Shown: positions 11,353-24,504, counted from the first letter of the whole stretch. The stretch is 63,931 nucleotides of DNA, filler included, from Octopus bimaculoides (GCF_001194135.2; 8 parts of 7 records of this genome joined end to end with filler, not necessarily neighbours in it), one strand, 5' to 3'. Notes: a model not told the origin generated them from the sequence alone. Made by a program: numbers and translations.

Positions 11353-11562
11353 TGCGACGAGCTGACAGAATCTTTAGCACGCTGGGCAAAATGTTTAGTA
11401 GCCTTTCGCCTGTTTTTACGCTCTGAGTTCAAATTCCGCAGAGGTCGACTTTTAATCATTTCTGAGGACAATAAAATAAGTACCAGTGGAATACCGAGTT
11501 TGATGTAATCGTCTAGAGCCCTCCCCACGAACTTGCTGGCCTTGTGCCAAAATTAAAAGCCA
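11353..11562 (+). mobile_element. SINE family B, tail type 3 (..gctggccttgtgccaaaatt)
   Basis: Head gcgacgagctgacagaa, B-box-like gagttcaaattcc, body similar to 25590-25750. Confidence 0.85.
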
Positions 11563-11989
11563 TTTTTTTCTTTGTTTGTTTCTTCCTTTACGTGTGTTAG
11601 CATATTCCACTTTATATATATGAAGAGCGGTTAAGGTGTTTATGGCAATCGTTTTGAATTGATGAATAATAATCTCTCTCTGTTTCTTTCTATCTGAATA
11701 TGCATATTTCTGTGCAAGCGTGTTTATGCGTCCATTTGTGCCTCCAGCGTCAAAACTGTAATGTCACCAAAACAGGATGAACCAATCGATCAGCTGTGCC
11801 AAATCGTTGTCGTCCAAACAGCTGCGCCAATTTCTCTCATTCCATAAGAGGAAAGGGGGCAAAAAGAAAGGGGAATTCACTTGTTGGTTTAGTAGTAAAT
11901 AAATAATGGATGAATATTTCGGGTTTACCTGCATCTGTAGGCATAGATCGTGCGCTTGCAATGGAATAAATTTAACTAAAGGTATCTTA

Positions 11990-12308
11990 GAACAATTGGC
12001 ACTCCGTCGGTTGCGAAGATACGGAATTCAGTTTATCTGATCACCAGTACAGCCTGCTCGGGAAGTCAACGTGAGTGTGGCTGAGCACTTCACAGACGCG
12101 CGTACGCTTAATGTAGTTCTTAGGGAAAATCAGCGTGACACAGAATGTGACAAAGTTGTCCCTTTGAAATACAGGTACTACTTATTTTTGCCAACTGAGT
12201 GGATTGAAGCAAGAAGTAAAATGTCTTGCTCAAGGACTCAACGCGCCGCTGGGAATCGTACTAATGGCCTTACAATAGTGAATCGAATATAACCACTGTG
12301 CCATGCGT
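11990..12308 (-). mobile_element. tRNA-derived SINE family C-type, near full length
   Basis: Reverse B-box (gggaatcg, about 12250), reverse head (aaccactgtgccatgcg) and central tgtcttgctcaaggac.caacgc, complementary to the core of the 25131 element. Confidence 0.75.
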
Positions 12309-14192
12309 TATCATATCTTTGAACAAGAAGATGGTGTTAAACCGGGCAGCGTAATTAACTCTATCAGCTAAGAAGAGACAATTCACCTGACAAGATTCCG
12401 TACAGTCTATATCAATTTATATTCCCTGACAGTATCTGGGATAATCCTAGTGTACGCCACAGAACACACACATATACATATATGCACCCACCACACAGAC
12501 ACACACTCCACACATACTCACTGCTGTTTATATTGATTACATTGTTTTATATGTTCGATTACTATTTTCTATGATTAAATTGATTGTGATCAAAAGAGTA
12601 AACAAATTTCTTTTCTTTTTGTTTTTTCTATTTTGTTTTGTTTTCAATCACGTGATTATTGAGAAATTACAGAATGGAAATGTTTCTGAAAGTTCAACAA
12701 AGACTTTTATCATTTTATCGTATTCTATTTTATCTTATTTTATTTTCCAAATACTTTCTCTTTAGTATGTAAGATGAAATTGGTGTATGACAGCCCTTTA
12801 ACGAGTACAAATCGATGAATAAGAAAAAATGTATGTTGGTTTTCTAAGTACAGATGGATATAATAGAATGCTGATTGAAATAGGGTGGTGGTGAAATTGG
12901 AAAGATATTGGAAGTGTACTTGCTGGAAAACGGATTTGTTGTAATATTTATTAAAATGTAATGAAGCAAAGAAATTGCCGATATTTCATCAAACGCTAAA
13001 TAATGTAAAGCTTAAAATGAAGGAATTTGTTTTTCAATAGAGCGCTGAAATTAAATCCGATTGTTAAAACGATTATGTGTGACAGAAAGGCTGATAATCC
13101 AGCAAAGACATGAATCAGTCGAAGGAGATTAAATAGTGATGAGTGATATGGAGTGAAAAGGAAGAAAAAATACTAGAAAAAATCCAGATAAAACAGAAAA
13201 AAAAAAATTACATTTTATGTTTTTTTTTCATTCTGGCTCTTGGACACGTGTGCGACGAAATAGTTAAAGAAAAACAAAATGAAGTATTTTAGTTTGTGTA
13301 TTGATGTACATGGAGTTGTTTAGCACTTGTTGGATAAACTAAATTTTTGTGAATGTCGTACTTTTAAGTCTTGAGAGGTGTATAGCAAGGAAAGAATGAA
13401 AGAAAGAAAGGAAAAGAAAACAACTGCTGGAGTATATCACGATGCAGNNNNNNNNNNNNNNNNNNNNNNNNNNNNNNNNNNNNNNNNNNNNNNNNNNNNN
13501 NNNNNNNNNNNNNNNNNNNNNNNNNNNNNNNNNNNNNNNNNNNNNNNNNNNNNNNNNNNNNNNNNNNNNNNNNNNNNNNNNNNNNNNNNNNNNNNNNNNN
13601 NNNNNNNNNNNNNNNNNNNNNNNNNNNNNNNNNNNNNNNNNNNNNNNNNNNNNNNNNNNNNNNNNNNNNNNNNNNNNNNNNNNNNNNNNNNNNNNNNNNN
13701 NNNNNNNNNNNNNNNNNNNNNNNNNNNNNNNNNNNNNNNNNNNNNNNNNNNNNNNNNNNNNNNNNNNNNNNNNNNNNNNNNNNNNNNNNNNNNNNNNNNN
13801 NNNNNNNNNNNNNNNNNNNNNNNNNNNNNNNNNNNNNNNNNNNNNNNNNNNNNNNNNNNNNNNNNNNNNNNNNNNNNNNNNNNNNNNNNNNNNNNNNNNN
13901 NNNNNNNNNNNNNNNNNNNNNNNNNNNNNNNNNNNNNNNNNNNNNNNNNNNNNNNNNNNNNNNNNNNNNNNNNNNNNNNNNNNNNNNNNNNNNNNNNNNN
14001 NNNNNNNNNNNNNNNNNNNNNNNNNNNNNNNNNNNNNNNNNNNNNNNNNNNNNNNNNNNNNNNNNNNNNNNNNNNNNNNNNNNNNNNNNNNNNNNNNNNN
14101 NNNNNNNNNNNNNNNNNNNNNNNNNNNNNNNNNNNNNNNNNNNNNNNNNNNNNNNNNNNNNNNNNNNNTCCAATGCAAATTTCTGAAAACCT

Positions 14193-14236
<44 letters not shown>

Positions 14237-14265
14237 TGCAACAGTAGTAAAAAGCAGCAGCAGTG

Positions 14266-14299
<34 letters not shown>

Positions 14300-14300
14300 C
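14193..14300. repeat. (TAG)n microsatellite
   Basis: Directly visible. Confidence 0.95.
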
Positions 14301-14316
14301 AATGGTGGTGGTGGTA

Positions 14317-14410
14317 CTAGCCCAGCGTGGGGCATGCGCCCCACCGGTGGGCCCTGGGAAAATGGTGGTGGGACGTCATGCTGTAGTTGCCAAGTACAAG
14401 GTTCTCATTA
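14317..14410 (-). mobile_element. Putative Helitron-type 3' terminus
   Basis: Minus strand reads GTGGGGC-gcat-GCCCCAC (7-bp GC hairpin), 6 nt, then CTAG followed by T, the hairpin plus CTRR layout of Helitron 3' ends. Confidence 0.45.
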
Positions 14411-14574
14411 AAATGATTCACTTTAGTCTTAATCAGCAATGTACTTTTTATTGTACTCAGTATTTAATAAAAAAGTCACCAGTAGATTCTTTTGTATTAA
14501 AATAATGATAAAATATTCAAAGTAATTTGTTTTTCCAACCATGTGTGGGGCATAGTTTTATCAAAAGTCAGTTT

Positions 14575-14690
14575 TATCAAAAGGATGGAAATCAAAGTTG
14601 ACCTTGAACTCAGAACGTAAAGACGGACGAAATGCTGCTAATCATTTTCTGGCGTGCTAACTATTCGGCCGGTTCGCCTGCTTCTAAGAA
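14575..14690 (-). mobile_element. SINE family B, 5' half with deletion
   Basis: gaactcagaacgtaaagacggacgaaatgctgctaa matches the reverse complement of the family B head. Confidence 0.8.
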
Positions 14691-14919
14691 TAATACATAC
14701 AGAATTATACATACTGTAATGTTCAGGCCTGAGTGAGATTGAAATATAGTGTGGATACTAAAAGAGCAAAAAAAAAAAAGAATCTATTTTAACTATAAGC
14801 ATGGCTGTATATATAAATGATGGCAAATTAACACAATCATAAATATCTAATTCCTACGTACGTTTCACTATTCCGAAATGTATTCTTAAAATGGCTCACT
14901 AATCGTCGTTTAAATCTCA

Positions 14920-15205
14920 TCACATCTTTTGCTTCCCAACCGCATAATTCCGGGTTTAGTCTCACTACTTGGGTGTCTTCTACTACTACACCCCCGGATC
15001 GACCCTAACTGTATGAGTGGATTTGGCAGATGGAAATTGAAAGAAGCCCATCGTATACACACACACACACACACACACATAAAAAATAAAATATAATAAA
15101 AATAGTACGTAGTGGGGTCAATCCGTTCGACTAACATTCTTGAATGCGGTGCTCCAGCATGGCCGCAGTGAAATGACTGAAACGAGCAAAAAGTAAAAGA
15201 TAGAA
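14920..15205 (+). mobile_element. SINE family A, diverged and internally deleted
   Basis: ttgcttcccaacc...gagtggatttggcagatggaaattgaaagaagccc...gcggtgctccagcatggccgcag. Confidence 0.85.
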
Positions 15206-15546
15206 GTAGGTCTGACACACTCACGTGTTAAACGAGATTTCACGTGTTAAACGAGATATTTCACACATATATTTCTCATTCCTCGTTGGGCGTTACTACC
15301 AACTTTATATCCTCTGGTCAAGATGAGGCCAGAAAACGATAGCCTTTCATTTACATAAAATTATGTACTGAGCAGCCTATCATACTGAAAAAAAAAATGT
15401 GCACAGATAGTAGGGCGGCGGTGGGGTCATTTTCTATTTCTATGTTGCAGCTAAGCTTTACTGTTTCGCAAAACGAAAGGAAAATAACAGGGGATATGAG
15501 ATAACGTGTATGGAATTACTTTCCCGAGAGTGAAGCTACATAACAC

Positions 15547-15549
<3 letters not shown>

Positions 15550-15632
<83 letters not shown>
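15550..15632. repeat. (GA)n microsatellite
   Basis: Directly visible. Confidence 0.97.
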
Positions 15633-15637
<5 letters not shown>

Positions 15638-18199
15638 CTTTGATCTATATGCATGATTTTTTTCCTTTTCTTTTTCTGTGTATTTTGTTTTCCATTCCTC
15701 CTTTTCAGGATCTCATATTTCTAAGTTGGTAGATTGTTCTGTTGGAAGCCGTGGTATAAAGACAGAAAGGAAAGGCACAAAATTAGACCCAAACGCTTAC
15801 ATTCAATATTCTTGCACTCTGTGAAAGATAACATGTTTATAAAAGTGAATGAATGCTTGCATTACAGTTAGGAAAGAATCACATTAAATTGCGTTGGCAG
15901 AATTACATTGTAGGAAAAAATCTTTTATTGATTAGTATAAAAGAAGATACTTGATTAGAAAGTCCGCCCTGAAAAGGGGGAAGCATTAAAAGGGAGAAAT
16001 GAGAATAATTATAATACAAAACAACGAAAGGGATGAATATTCAGAAAGAAAATATTTTTAGCTTTAGCGAATGATAAAAATAACATTTAATGATAAGGAT
16101 GGCATTACTATGTCAATTAAAAATTGATCCAACTCTGCATTCCTCGTCTAGCTAGATATGTGGCAATTTTTATTATTTGTTTGCTTTTCTTGCTTTTATG
16201 TGTTCTTCCATTTTGTTTTTTTAGCGGCCTTAACGGGCAAATACTAAGACAGTTTTTAAAAGAAACGAGGGGGGAAAAGAGCCAGCAAAAACGTCAATTA
16301 AAAAAATCGGGAAATAAAACAATATGAAAATAAATGTATAGAAAGAAAATAACTAACAATATTTGTTTAATTGTACGATAATCGTGAAATTGTCGAAGAA
16401 TAATCTTATTTGCATGAAAACAATTGATAATACACCGGAACAAAAAGTCAGTATTTGGTTTCATAGTTAAGCCAAGAATCGTGTGAAGAAACTTGTTTTA
16501 ATGTAAATCTAATTTGAAATTTTGTAAACGAAGTGTTTTTAAATATAAATAGAATATTTTTTTAAAAACTAGAATGGAAATAGAAATCAAAGAATAACAG
16601 CCAAAAGGATAAAATGTCAAACTCTTTGTTGTTGGAGGAAAAAAAAGAGAAAGGTTTCATTGTGCTATCGTATTTGTATTATAAATTGCGACTAAAAAAA
16701 GCTGACAAAAGAATTGAAAGAATGATCTCATAAATTATTAATAAGGTCCTGAATATTGTGTAAATGAATCATATTTGTCCTTTATAAAAAAGCGTTCCCA
16801 TGTAAAAAGAAAAAAATTTAAATCATTGTCCATTGCAATAGAGAGAAAACAAGGGAACTTGTTTATATGTATTTTTTTCTCTTTTTAGCCTGAGAAAAAC
16901 TGCACGACTTAGATAGGGTTCATATTTCCCTAAATTAATGCATAATTATTATTTTGAAAACATCTAATTTATCTCGTTGTTTTATGATTAATTTTAACTG
17001 GCCAGACTTTTTTTAAAGTCATTGAATCTTATGTAATTTTAAAGATATGTTGAGAAATAACTTGAATAAATTAGAGCTTTGAATATTGTCTATATATTCA
17101 ATGTGAAAAAGAAACAAAAAAATAAATAAATAAAACACTAACGTGGCGAGTATAATGCTTGCTGATTCTGCGTTAAGTAGACGAACCGGTTTCGATTCAC
17201 ATCAAAAATTCTTATAAAAAACGGAGACTCTTTTACATGTTAATAAACTAATTGAAAATCTGTTACAATTTTCTGCTCTACAAAATTTTGGAATCAAATT
17301 GAAACAGAAATCACAGTTTAAACAAAGATTTTAATATATATGCATTTTATTAACTCGACTGTATTTATTGTTGAATATATAAGGGATTTAATCGGATTAG
17401 GTCACGATTTAGAAACATTGTGTGAGGAAAGAAATATCAATAAAGATTGGGATCAAAAAGATTTCAAAATCAATTTCCTGCAATATTATTCATACAATTG
17501 TGAAAGTCATAGAATGGCTGTTAATTCCTCGGCAAACTGAGACTGCGTCGCAGTTTCAATTTATGATTGAAAGCATCTTATTCTACTTTAGTCTCAAATC
17601 CTTTTGAGAAAGCCATGCGCACAATATCATCTCCCTGTGCCGAAAAAAATAAAAATATAAAACCGTTACACAAAAGTGTTGGGGTCAGTGAGAGATAAAG
17701 TAGTTGTAAGTGAGAATAAAAATACGTGTCAGTGTTATGTCCAGAGGTTTCAGATCCTTATTTTCTCTTCCATACTATTTAGACGATAAGTTGAAACACT
17801 CATGCGTTTCTTAACAGAATTAATGACGGAAATTGAAATGATAAAGAAAAGACTGCATTTTCACCTCCGTCTCAGACAGCTAACATGCTTATATTCGATC
17901 TACACATATATTTAGCGATATTATATTTTCCTATTAAAAACAAGATGCATTTCAGAAGATTTGAGACTTTTATTTAAAGAGAGACATTTAAAACTGTTCT
18001 AGATCATTGTAATTTTAACATATCATTACTAAATATCTAATAAGCTGAGCTATCGAATTTTATTCTATAGTGAAAGAGACGACTGAAACGGCACTTTGAA
18101 CCTACCTTACTTAACACGGCATTTTATAGATGACTAATATGCAGAATTCTGTGGGGTCCGTTTGGAAGATCGTTAGGCAATAAAGGTTTGTGGGATCAG

Positions 18200-18515
18200 T
18201 GTGAGGTTCTAAGCGAGAATGAAAATGAAATACTCCAGACTGCTCGTCGATTAAATTTTTCGCTCACAGAAGACGTTCAAGGACGGTAGAAAGGATGTGA
18301 GAGACGATGGAAAGTATTGGAGAAAGAGAGAGAGAGAGAGAGAGAGGGTTAGAACATCAGAGCTGGTTCAGAAAATTCAAAAGTTTCCCGATAAAAATCG
18401 TTATTTCTATAAAGACAACAGGAATTCAGTTCGGATCTGGTGTGGCAACAGTACATAGAATTATTCATGAAGATCTGAACAAAGCAAAATTTATTCCCAG
18501 AGTGCTCAGTGACGA
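18200..18515 (+). mobile_element. Mariner transposase remnant (N-terminal HTH region) with internal (GA)n expansion
   Basis: KTFKDGRKDVRDDG..VRTSELVQKI..SIKTTGIQFGSGVATVHRIIHEDL-NKAKFIPRVLSDE fits mariner W..F..GR..V.DD.R.GR...T.HRII..DL...K..A.(W/F)VPR.L. Confidence 0.8.
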
Positions 18516-18867
18516 GCATGTGGGCAACCAACAATTTGACCGAGATGGATCTCAAAAATGTCCCTAACCCTTTGAGCACAATCTACCATACATATGATTT
18601 AAAAAAACAGGCCTAGGAACACTATCATCAATAATAGGATATACTACAGTATACCCAACAAATTAAGGCATACATTCGAATCAAGAGTACAATAGAGCCT
18701 CAATAAAATACAGTTGTACTATGATATATCAAGTAGTCAGAGTTACAATGCCATAGAGGTACTGTGATAAATTAATAGTAGCAGTACCCGGTCTCAATTG
18801 GGTTTACTTAAAGTGTTAAAATGCATATAATAAAACTAACGTAGCAATAACATATAGATACCTTTCA

Positions 18868-19085
18868 ATTACTGGCTTCAAATTTTGTCACAAGGCCAGC
18901 AGTTTCAGGGGGAACGGTTAATCAATTACATCAACTCCAGTGTTCAACCGGTACTTATTTTATCGAGTCTAAAAGGATGAGGAGCAATGTCAACCTTGGC
19001 GGAATTTGATCTCAGAATGTAGACACAGACAAAATGCCACTAAACATTTTGTTCGGGGCCCTAACGATTCTTCCAGCTCACCGCC
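18868..19085 (-). mobile_element. SINE family B, full length, tail type 3
   Basis: The reverse complement reads ggcggtgagctggaagaatcgttag...ctgctggccttgtgacaaaatttgaagcca. Confidence 0.85.
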
Positions 19086-20167
19086 TTTGAAAGAGAAAAT
19101 ATGGAAAGAAAAACCGTTTCTGAATTAACAGCTACACATACGTTTTCGTTTCTATTTTTCCTCGGTTCATTTGTTTTCTATCCTCATTCCTTTCTATTGA
19201 AGCGCATAAGCTCAAAACTTCAAAACCCTTCTTCCAATTTTCACGTGCATCAAACACATGCAACTTGCTTGTATTTCTTTCTTCTGTCTCTGTTTTTTGT
19301 ATATTTTTTGTTTAATCACTATCAGTCACATTTGATAAATTTGATGGAAGGTAACCTCCCCCCCCCCTCTTCCTCTTCCTCGTCTCTTACAAGTTGAAAT
19401 TTAAACATCTGATGAGGGTTTGAAAAATGATCATCTTGATTAGTTTTAGTGTCGTTCATTATATAATAGGCTCTGTCACTGGAACAAAGAGAAAACTTGC
19501 TCTTGAGGTGACTTTCCCGTTAGCATTGACCAGTAGCCTAGTTTACTGCATGCAAAATAGCCGTCCATAAAGAACTGCAAGTTAGCAGTGATTGAACTCT
19601 GAACAAATGTATCAATATTGTTTCATTGTTCTGTGTACAGCTCAGTACAGTGTACTTTATTAATTCTCCACACCTGTAGAGTTTACCGGCAAAGCGTTCA
19701 GTAGCACTATTAGGCCAAGAAATATCATTCTGCAAGTTATTCATAGGACTGGAACCGAAACCTACTGGAAAACATTTGTTAGTTGATTTACATCAACTCC
19801 TAGAACTTCGTCACTCTTCCCCACCAGTAATTATCTATAGAATGCTAACGCTGAAGATCTACTGGTTGCATTATCCGACTGGCAGGATGTAAAGGTGTGA
19901 GAGCAATCCGTAAATGCGAGGAAAATGTATTTCATATGACGTATAGATTTATATAAACTTGTTAGGAGTTGAAACTTCATTAACATAATTCCAAGATTTT
20001 CTTTTGGCTTATACAAGTGTGAGTGATTCAACATACTAAACATTTATATACAAATAATTCTGTTTATTTCAGCAAGTTACAATGTACCCGAAAGAAAAGA
20101 CTGTAGAAGAGGAATCGATGATGCTTGTGTTGTAAAAACTGTTAAACATAGAGACTTGGGACATCTC

Positions 20168-20224
<57 letters not shown>

Positions 20225-20299
20225 ATATCTGTCTGTCTGTTTGTCTGTCTATCTGTCTGTCTGTTTATCTATTTGTATAAATGTACATATATCATAAAT

Positions 20300-20520
20300 A
20301 TAATGCAAATAGAAAAAAGACTAAGCAACAAATAACAAAAGTAGAAGTGAAGTTTATAGTCAATATTACTAACTTGAAGTCGAACGGGAGAATGGAAAGT
20401 GTTAAGGATAAAACGTTTCAGAAATAATCCTTCTTCAGAGAGAGAACATTCCAGCAGCCTTTGAGAAGAGTAGAAAGAGAAGAGGCATAAGAACGAAGAG
20501 GCCCAGAATATAATCACGTG
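20300..20520 (-). repeat. Probable PLE-derived 3' tail with hammerhead-like core
   Basis: Minus strand 20444-20411 reads ctctct-CTGAAGA-a-gga-ttatt-tct-GAAA-cg-tt. Confidence 0.4.
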
Positions 20521-21525
20521 GTATATATGTATATATGTATATGTGTGAATGTCTGTGTGTGTGTTTGCGTGCGTGTTTGTGTAAGCGGCTATGCATACAT
20601 TTATAGAAATCAAACATATAAAGACAAATCACGGTGTCATATAACTTCTAAATATATCATCATTGTTTACTTGTAATGCATTGTATCTCGATGATTCTGA
20701 CTCCACTTATGATAAGTAAAAACTGGAGTTATATCAAATACTTAATAAAATTTATAGAGTTTCGGTTTTGTTTTCTTTGTTAAGAAGAGAAAACAACGAA
20801 AAGGGAAACTAAGAGAATAGATATTCACATCAGACTACCAAGTATATAGGAAAAAGTGAAAATAAAGAGAAGAAAAGCAGACAATCGTTTTTCAAACTAG
20901 AGAAATACAAAAAGAAACAAAAAAAGAAAAAGAAAAGATAACAGAAACAAAAAAAATGTATTGAAGAACTACTACAAAGGTAATGTGTCTATAAACAATT
21001 TTAATGGAATGTTGAAACGCAAACTTGTTATAAGCATTTATAAGCATTGGAAAACATGAAATATAAAAGAGGAAAATGACACTACACACACACACATACA
21101 AGTGCACACAGAGAAACACACACAGACACACACATATTTACGTATCTATGTAATGTATGTATATACACACTTCTATGTTTTCGGCTTTTCGGCTTCTGCG
21201 TTACCAAATATTTTTATTGCCGATAGTGGTATAACATGGAGACTATCTTTGTTCGTTCCCAGAAGAATACCTTGTTTCCTTAACGAAATGGCTCTCATCG
21301 AACATGATTTCCCAGTGAGATTTCGATATTTGCATTGCAATCCTAAAATCAGCAGCAAACACTCACACGGACACACACATACACATACACACAAACAAGT
21401 AAACAAACATACACGCACATTACATATACATTTGTATATGTACATGTATATCTAGATATATATACATGCATATATATGAAAAAATATTAATTGAAATGCA
21501 AAATAGTTTAAAGGCGTGTATATAT

Positions 21526-21569
<44 letters not shown>

Positions 21570-22304
21570 NNNNNNNNNNNNNNNNNNNNNNNNNNNNNNN
21601 NNNNNNNNNNNNNNNNNNNNNNNNNNNNNNNNNNNNNNNNNNNNNNNNNNNNNNNNNNNNNNNNNNNNNNNNNNNNNNNNNNNNNNNNNNNNNNNNNNNN
21701 NNNNNNNNNNNNNNNNNNNNNNNNNNNNNNNNNNNNNNNNNNNNNNNNNNNNNNNNNNNNNNNNNNNNNNNNNNNNNNNNNNNNNNNNNNNNNNNTATAT
21801 ATATATATATTTGTATATATATGCGGCCGAAGACGTGCACTATATAAAAAGTCTGTTACAGAAGCCATTAATGAAAAAGAAATGTGTAAGTAGGCGAAAT
21901 AATATAATAATCTATACACTCATTCTTGTCTAACAAAAAACATATATAAATACATAAGCATATGAAAGACTTGAAGCAAAGGAAAAAAGAATTCTGACTC
22001 GTGTAATGCGTGAGGGATAATTCATAAGTTGATATACTTTCCGTTTATGAATACATTCTTACACACACAGACACGCATGTACACACACAAGCACAGACAC
22101 ATACACACACAGACACACACACACACGCACATGGTCACGCATATGCATACAAACATACATACATACATACATATATAAGTGTATTTATATATATATAATT
22201 ACACACACATATGCATATATGTAGATATATATATATGTGCGATTTTGTTAGTGTCGGGGCCTCTATTTTCTTTATTTGCATGCATATATATATGCATCAC
22301 CGTA

Positions 22305-22365
<61 letters not shown>

Positions 22366-22404
22366 ATATATATATATATTTATCTATCTATCTCAATCTC
22401 TCAC

Positions 22405-22471
<67 letters not shown>

Positions 22472-22571
22472 NNNNNNNNNNNNNNNNNNNNNNNNNNNNN
22501 NNNNNNNNNNNNNNNTTAATTAATTAANNNNNNNNNNNNNNNNNNNNNNNNNNNNNNNNNNNNNNNNNNNN

Positions 22572-22695
22572 GGAGAGGGAGGTGCTGTCCTCGAGTGAAT
22601 TGATGAAAAGATGGGCGAAAATTGCCAAAACAGCAAGAGTAGATGGTACCACTCTCAGTGTAGATCTGTGAGTCGGAAGAAAGGAGTTGGAGAGA
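22572..22695 (+). mobile_element. L1/Tx1-type LINE ORF2 extreme C-terminus (cut by gap)
   Basis: EREVLSSSELMKRWAKIAKTARVDGTTLSVDL* (22573-22671) is homologous to EREVLSSEWFKKRWVNVARMARVNDGATLNITL* ending at 37752. Confidence 0.8.
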
Positions 22696-23339
22696 GATTG
22701 TCTCTTTGTCACTAGCTCAAAGTGATAGAGCCAACGTTCAATGAAACCAACTGGATCTGCCTCAAACAATAGCAAATTTTTCCCGTGATGTGATCAACCT
22801 AGTACACTTTTGATCAGGAGTCATAAGACATGGCAGCCACCAAGCAGAGATCGTCGTTATGCCAAGTTCATTGTGCAGGATGTTCTCAACTCTCTCACTG
22901 GATAGTATCAGTTATTTGATTTATAGCCACTCGCCCTTCATCCATCACCATGTTGAGAACACAACCAATGTTTTCCTCGGTGGTGGCAGTTGCAGAGGTC
23001 CAAATCTTGGATCATCTTCCGAACTCTCCCCTCCCCTGCTAAACTCAGTTGCTCATTTTGAACTGTTGATAAAGAAGGAGCATCGTCCCCTAAAGTAGTA
23101 ACCATGTCAGCATGAACGTCTTTGAACCCTATTTTTGCAGATACTTGATAAAACTACGATGCCAAATTTTGTCGATTTTCGAGAGAAATCGTTACTAGTT
23201 AGTTTTGAAATCTTCTTTGAACAGTCAGATGTCAGGTTACCTGGAAAGAAACAAGGCAGTTATTAATGTATGCAAGATTTCACAGTTCTAGCCTCATTCC
23301 TTCATAGTCAGCCTATGAACTTTTTAGCCCACACTCGTA
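22695..23339 (-). mobile_element. Mariner element remnant (5' TIR plus transposase N-half)
   Basis: Minus strand begins TAcgagtgtgggctaaaaagttcataggctgac (mariner-type TIR with TA), then frameshifted DKIWHR..IKYLQK...HADMVTTLGDDAPSLSTVQ..EDDPR..ATTEENI..V..MVMDE..ERVENILHNELG..SAWW.P.LMTPDQK...LFEADPVGFIER|WLYHFELVTKRQS. Confidence 0.9.
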
Positions 23340-24171
23340 TGTACGTGTCTCTTCTGGGGTTTTTTTTTTGGTTTTTTTAATTATAATAAGTCTTCCACTG
23401 AGGATGGAGCCGGTTTCCAACAAAGACACTAGGCTCTATCTTTGGGATATTAACACAGACAAATTCACATTTGGAACTTGAGAAAACTCATGCATATTTC
23501 TACTGTTCCACTCACAGATTGCACTTATAATGTACGAATTAACCGGTCGATTTCTCTTTCTGAAAATCCCAGTTTATCCAGATTCTCCTTTAAGCATTTA
23601 CTAACAAAACCTAGTACTCCAATTATTATTAGTATGAATATGAATTCATAGTCTCGATATGGAAGTTAGAACTTTCGAAGCAGTTGTCCATAGATATCCT
23701 CTTTTTCTTTGATTTTCAAAGAGATATTTATATCTTCAAGGCAGCTAACCCTCTATGATGGTACATACCTTTTCCCCTCTGCCCCAAATAACAATATCTG
23801 GCCTGCCTATGTATGTATGAATGTATGTATGTATGTATGTATGTGTGTGTGTGTATGTATGTATGTATGTATGTATGTTTTGTTGTCAATTATATAAAAT
23901 CTCTCGTTGCGTGTGGAAGGTGCTGGTTTCTAACAAAGATTCAGTCCTGTCGTTGGAATGTAGATAACAGAAGCAAACTACAAAAAATGTATGAAACTGA
24001 AACTTCATACATACGTACATACACACACGCATACATACATATACTCGCACACACATATACATGCATATATTCGCGCACACGCATACATATATAGTTACAT
24101 ACACAGATACGCACACGTATATATATATGTATATATATATATATATATACATATATATATANNNNNNNNNN

Positions 24172-24210
<39 letters not shown>

Positions 24211-24504
24211 GCATGTATACACACGCACATACACTTATCCACGTACACATTCCTATGGTCACACGTAACACACATACAGACATAAATGCATACATACATA
24301 CATACTTATTTACACAGACACACGTACATACGTCGTACATACATACAGACGGACAAAAAGCTAGGCATATGTACGTTCTGCGTAGCTTAAAATCAGCTAT
24401 CCGATGCACACAGAACAGACTGCTATTGTTCTATAGGACAAGGAACAGAAGGCATGTACTGTTGTAGTCTTTACTGCTCAGCGTTTATAATCTATCTATT
24501 GTCT

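Noticed and set aside
19194-19220. Hammerhead-like ctattgaagcgcataagctcaaaac
   Set aside because: Too many mismatches in both core strands to support on its own.
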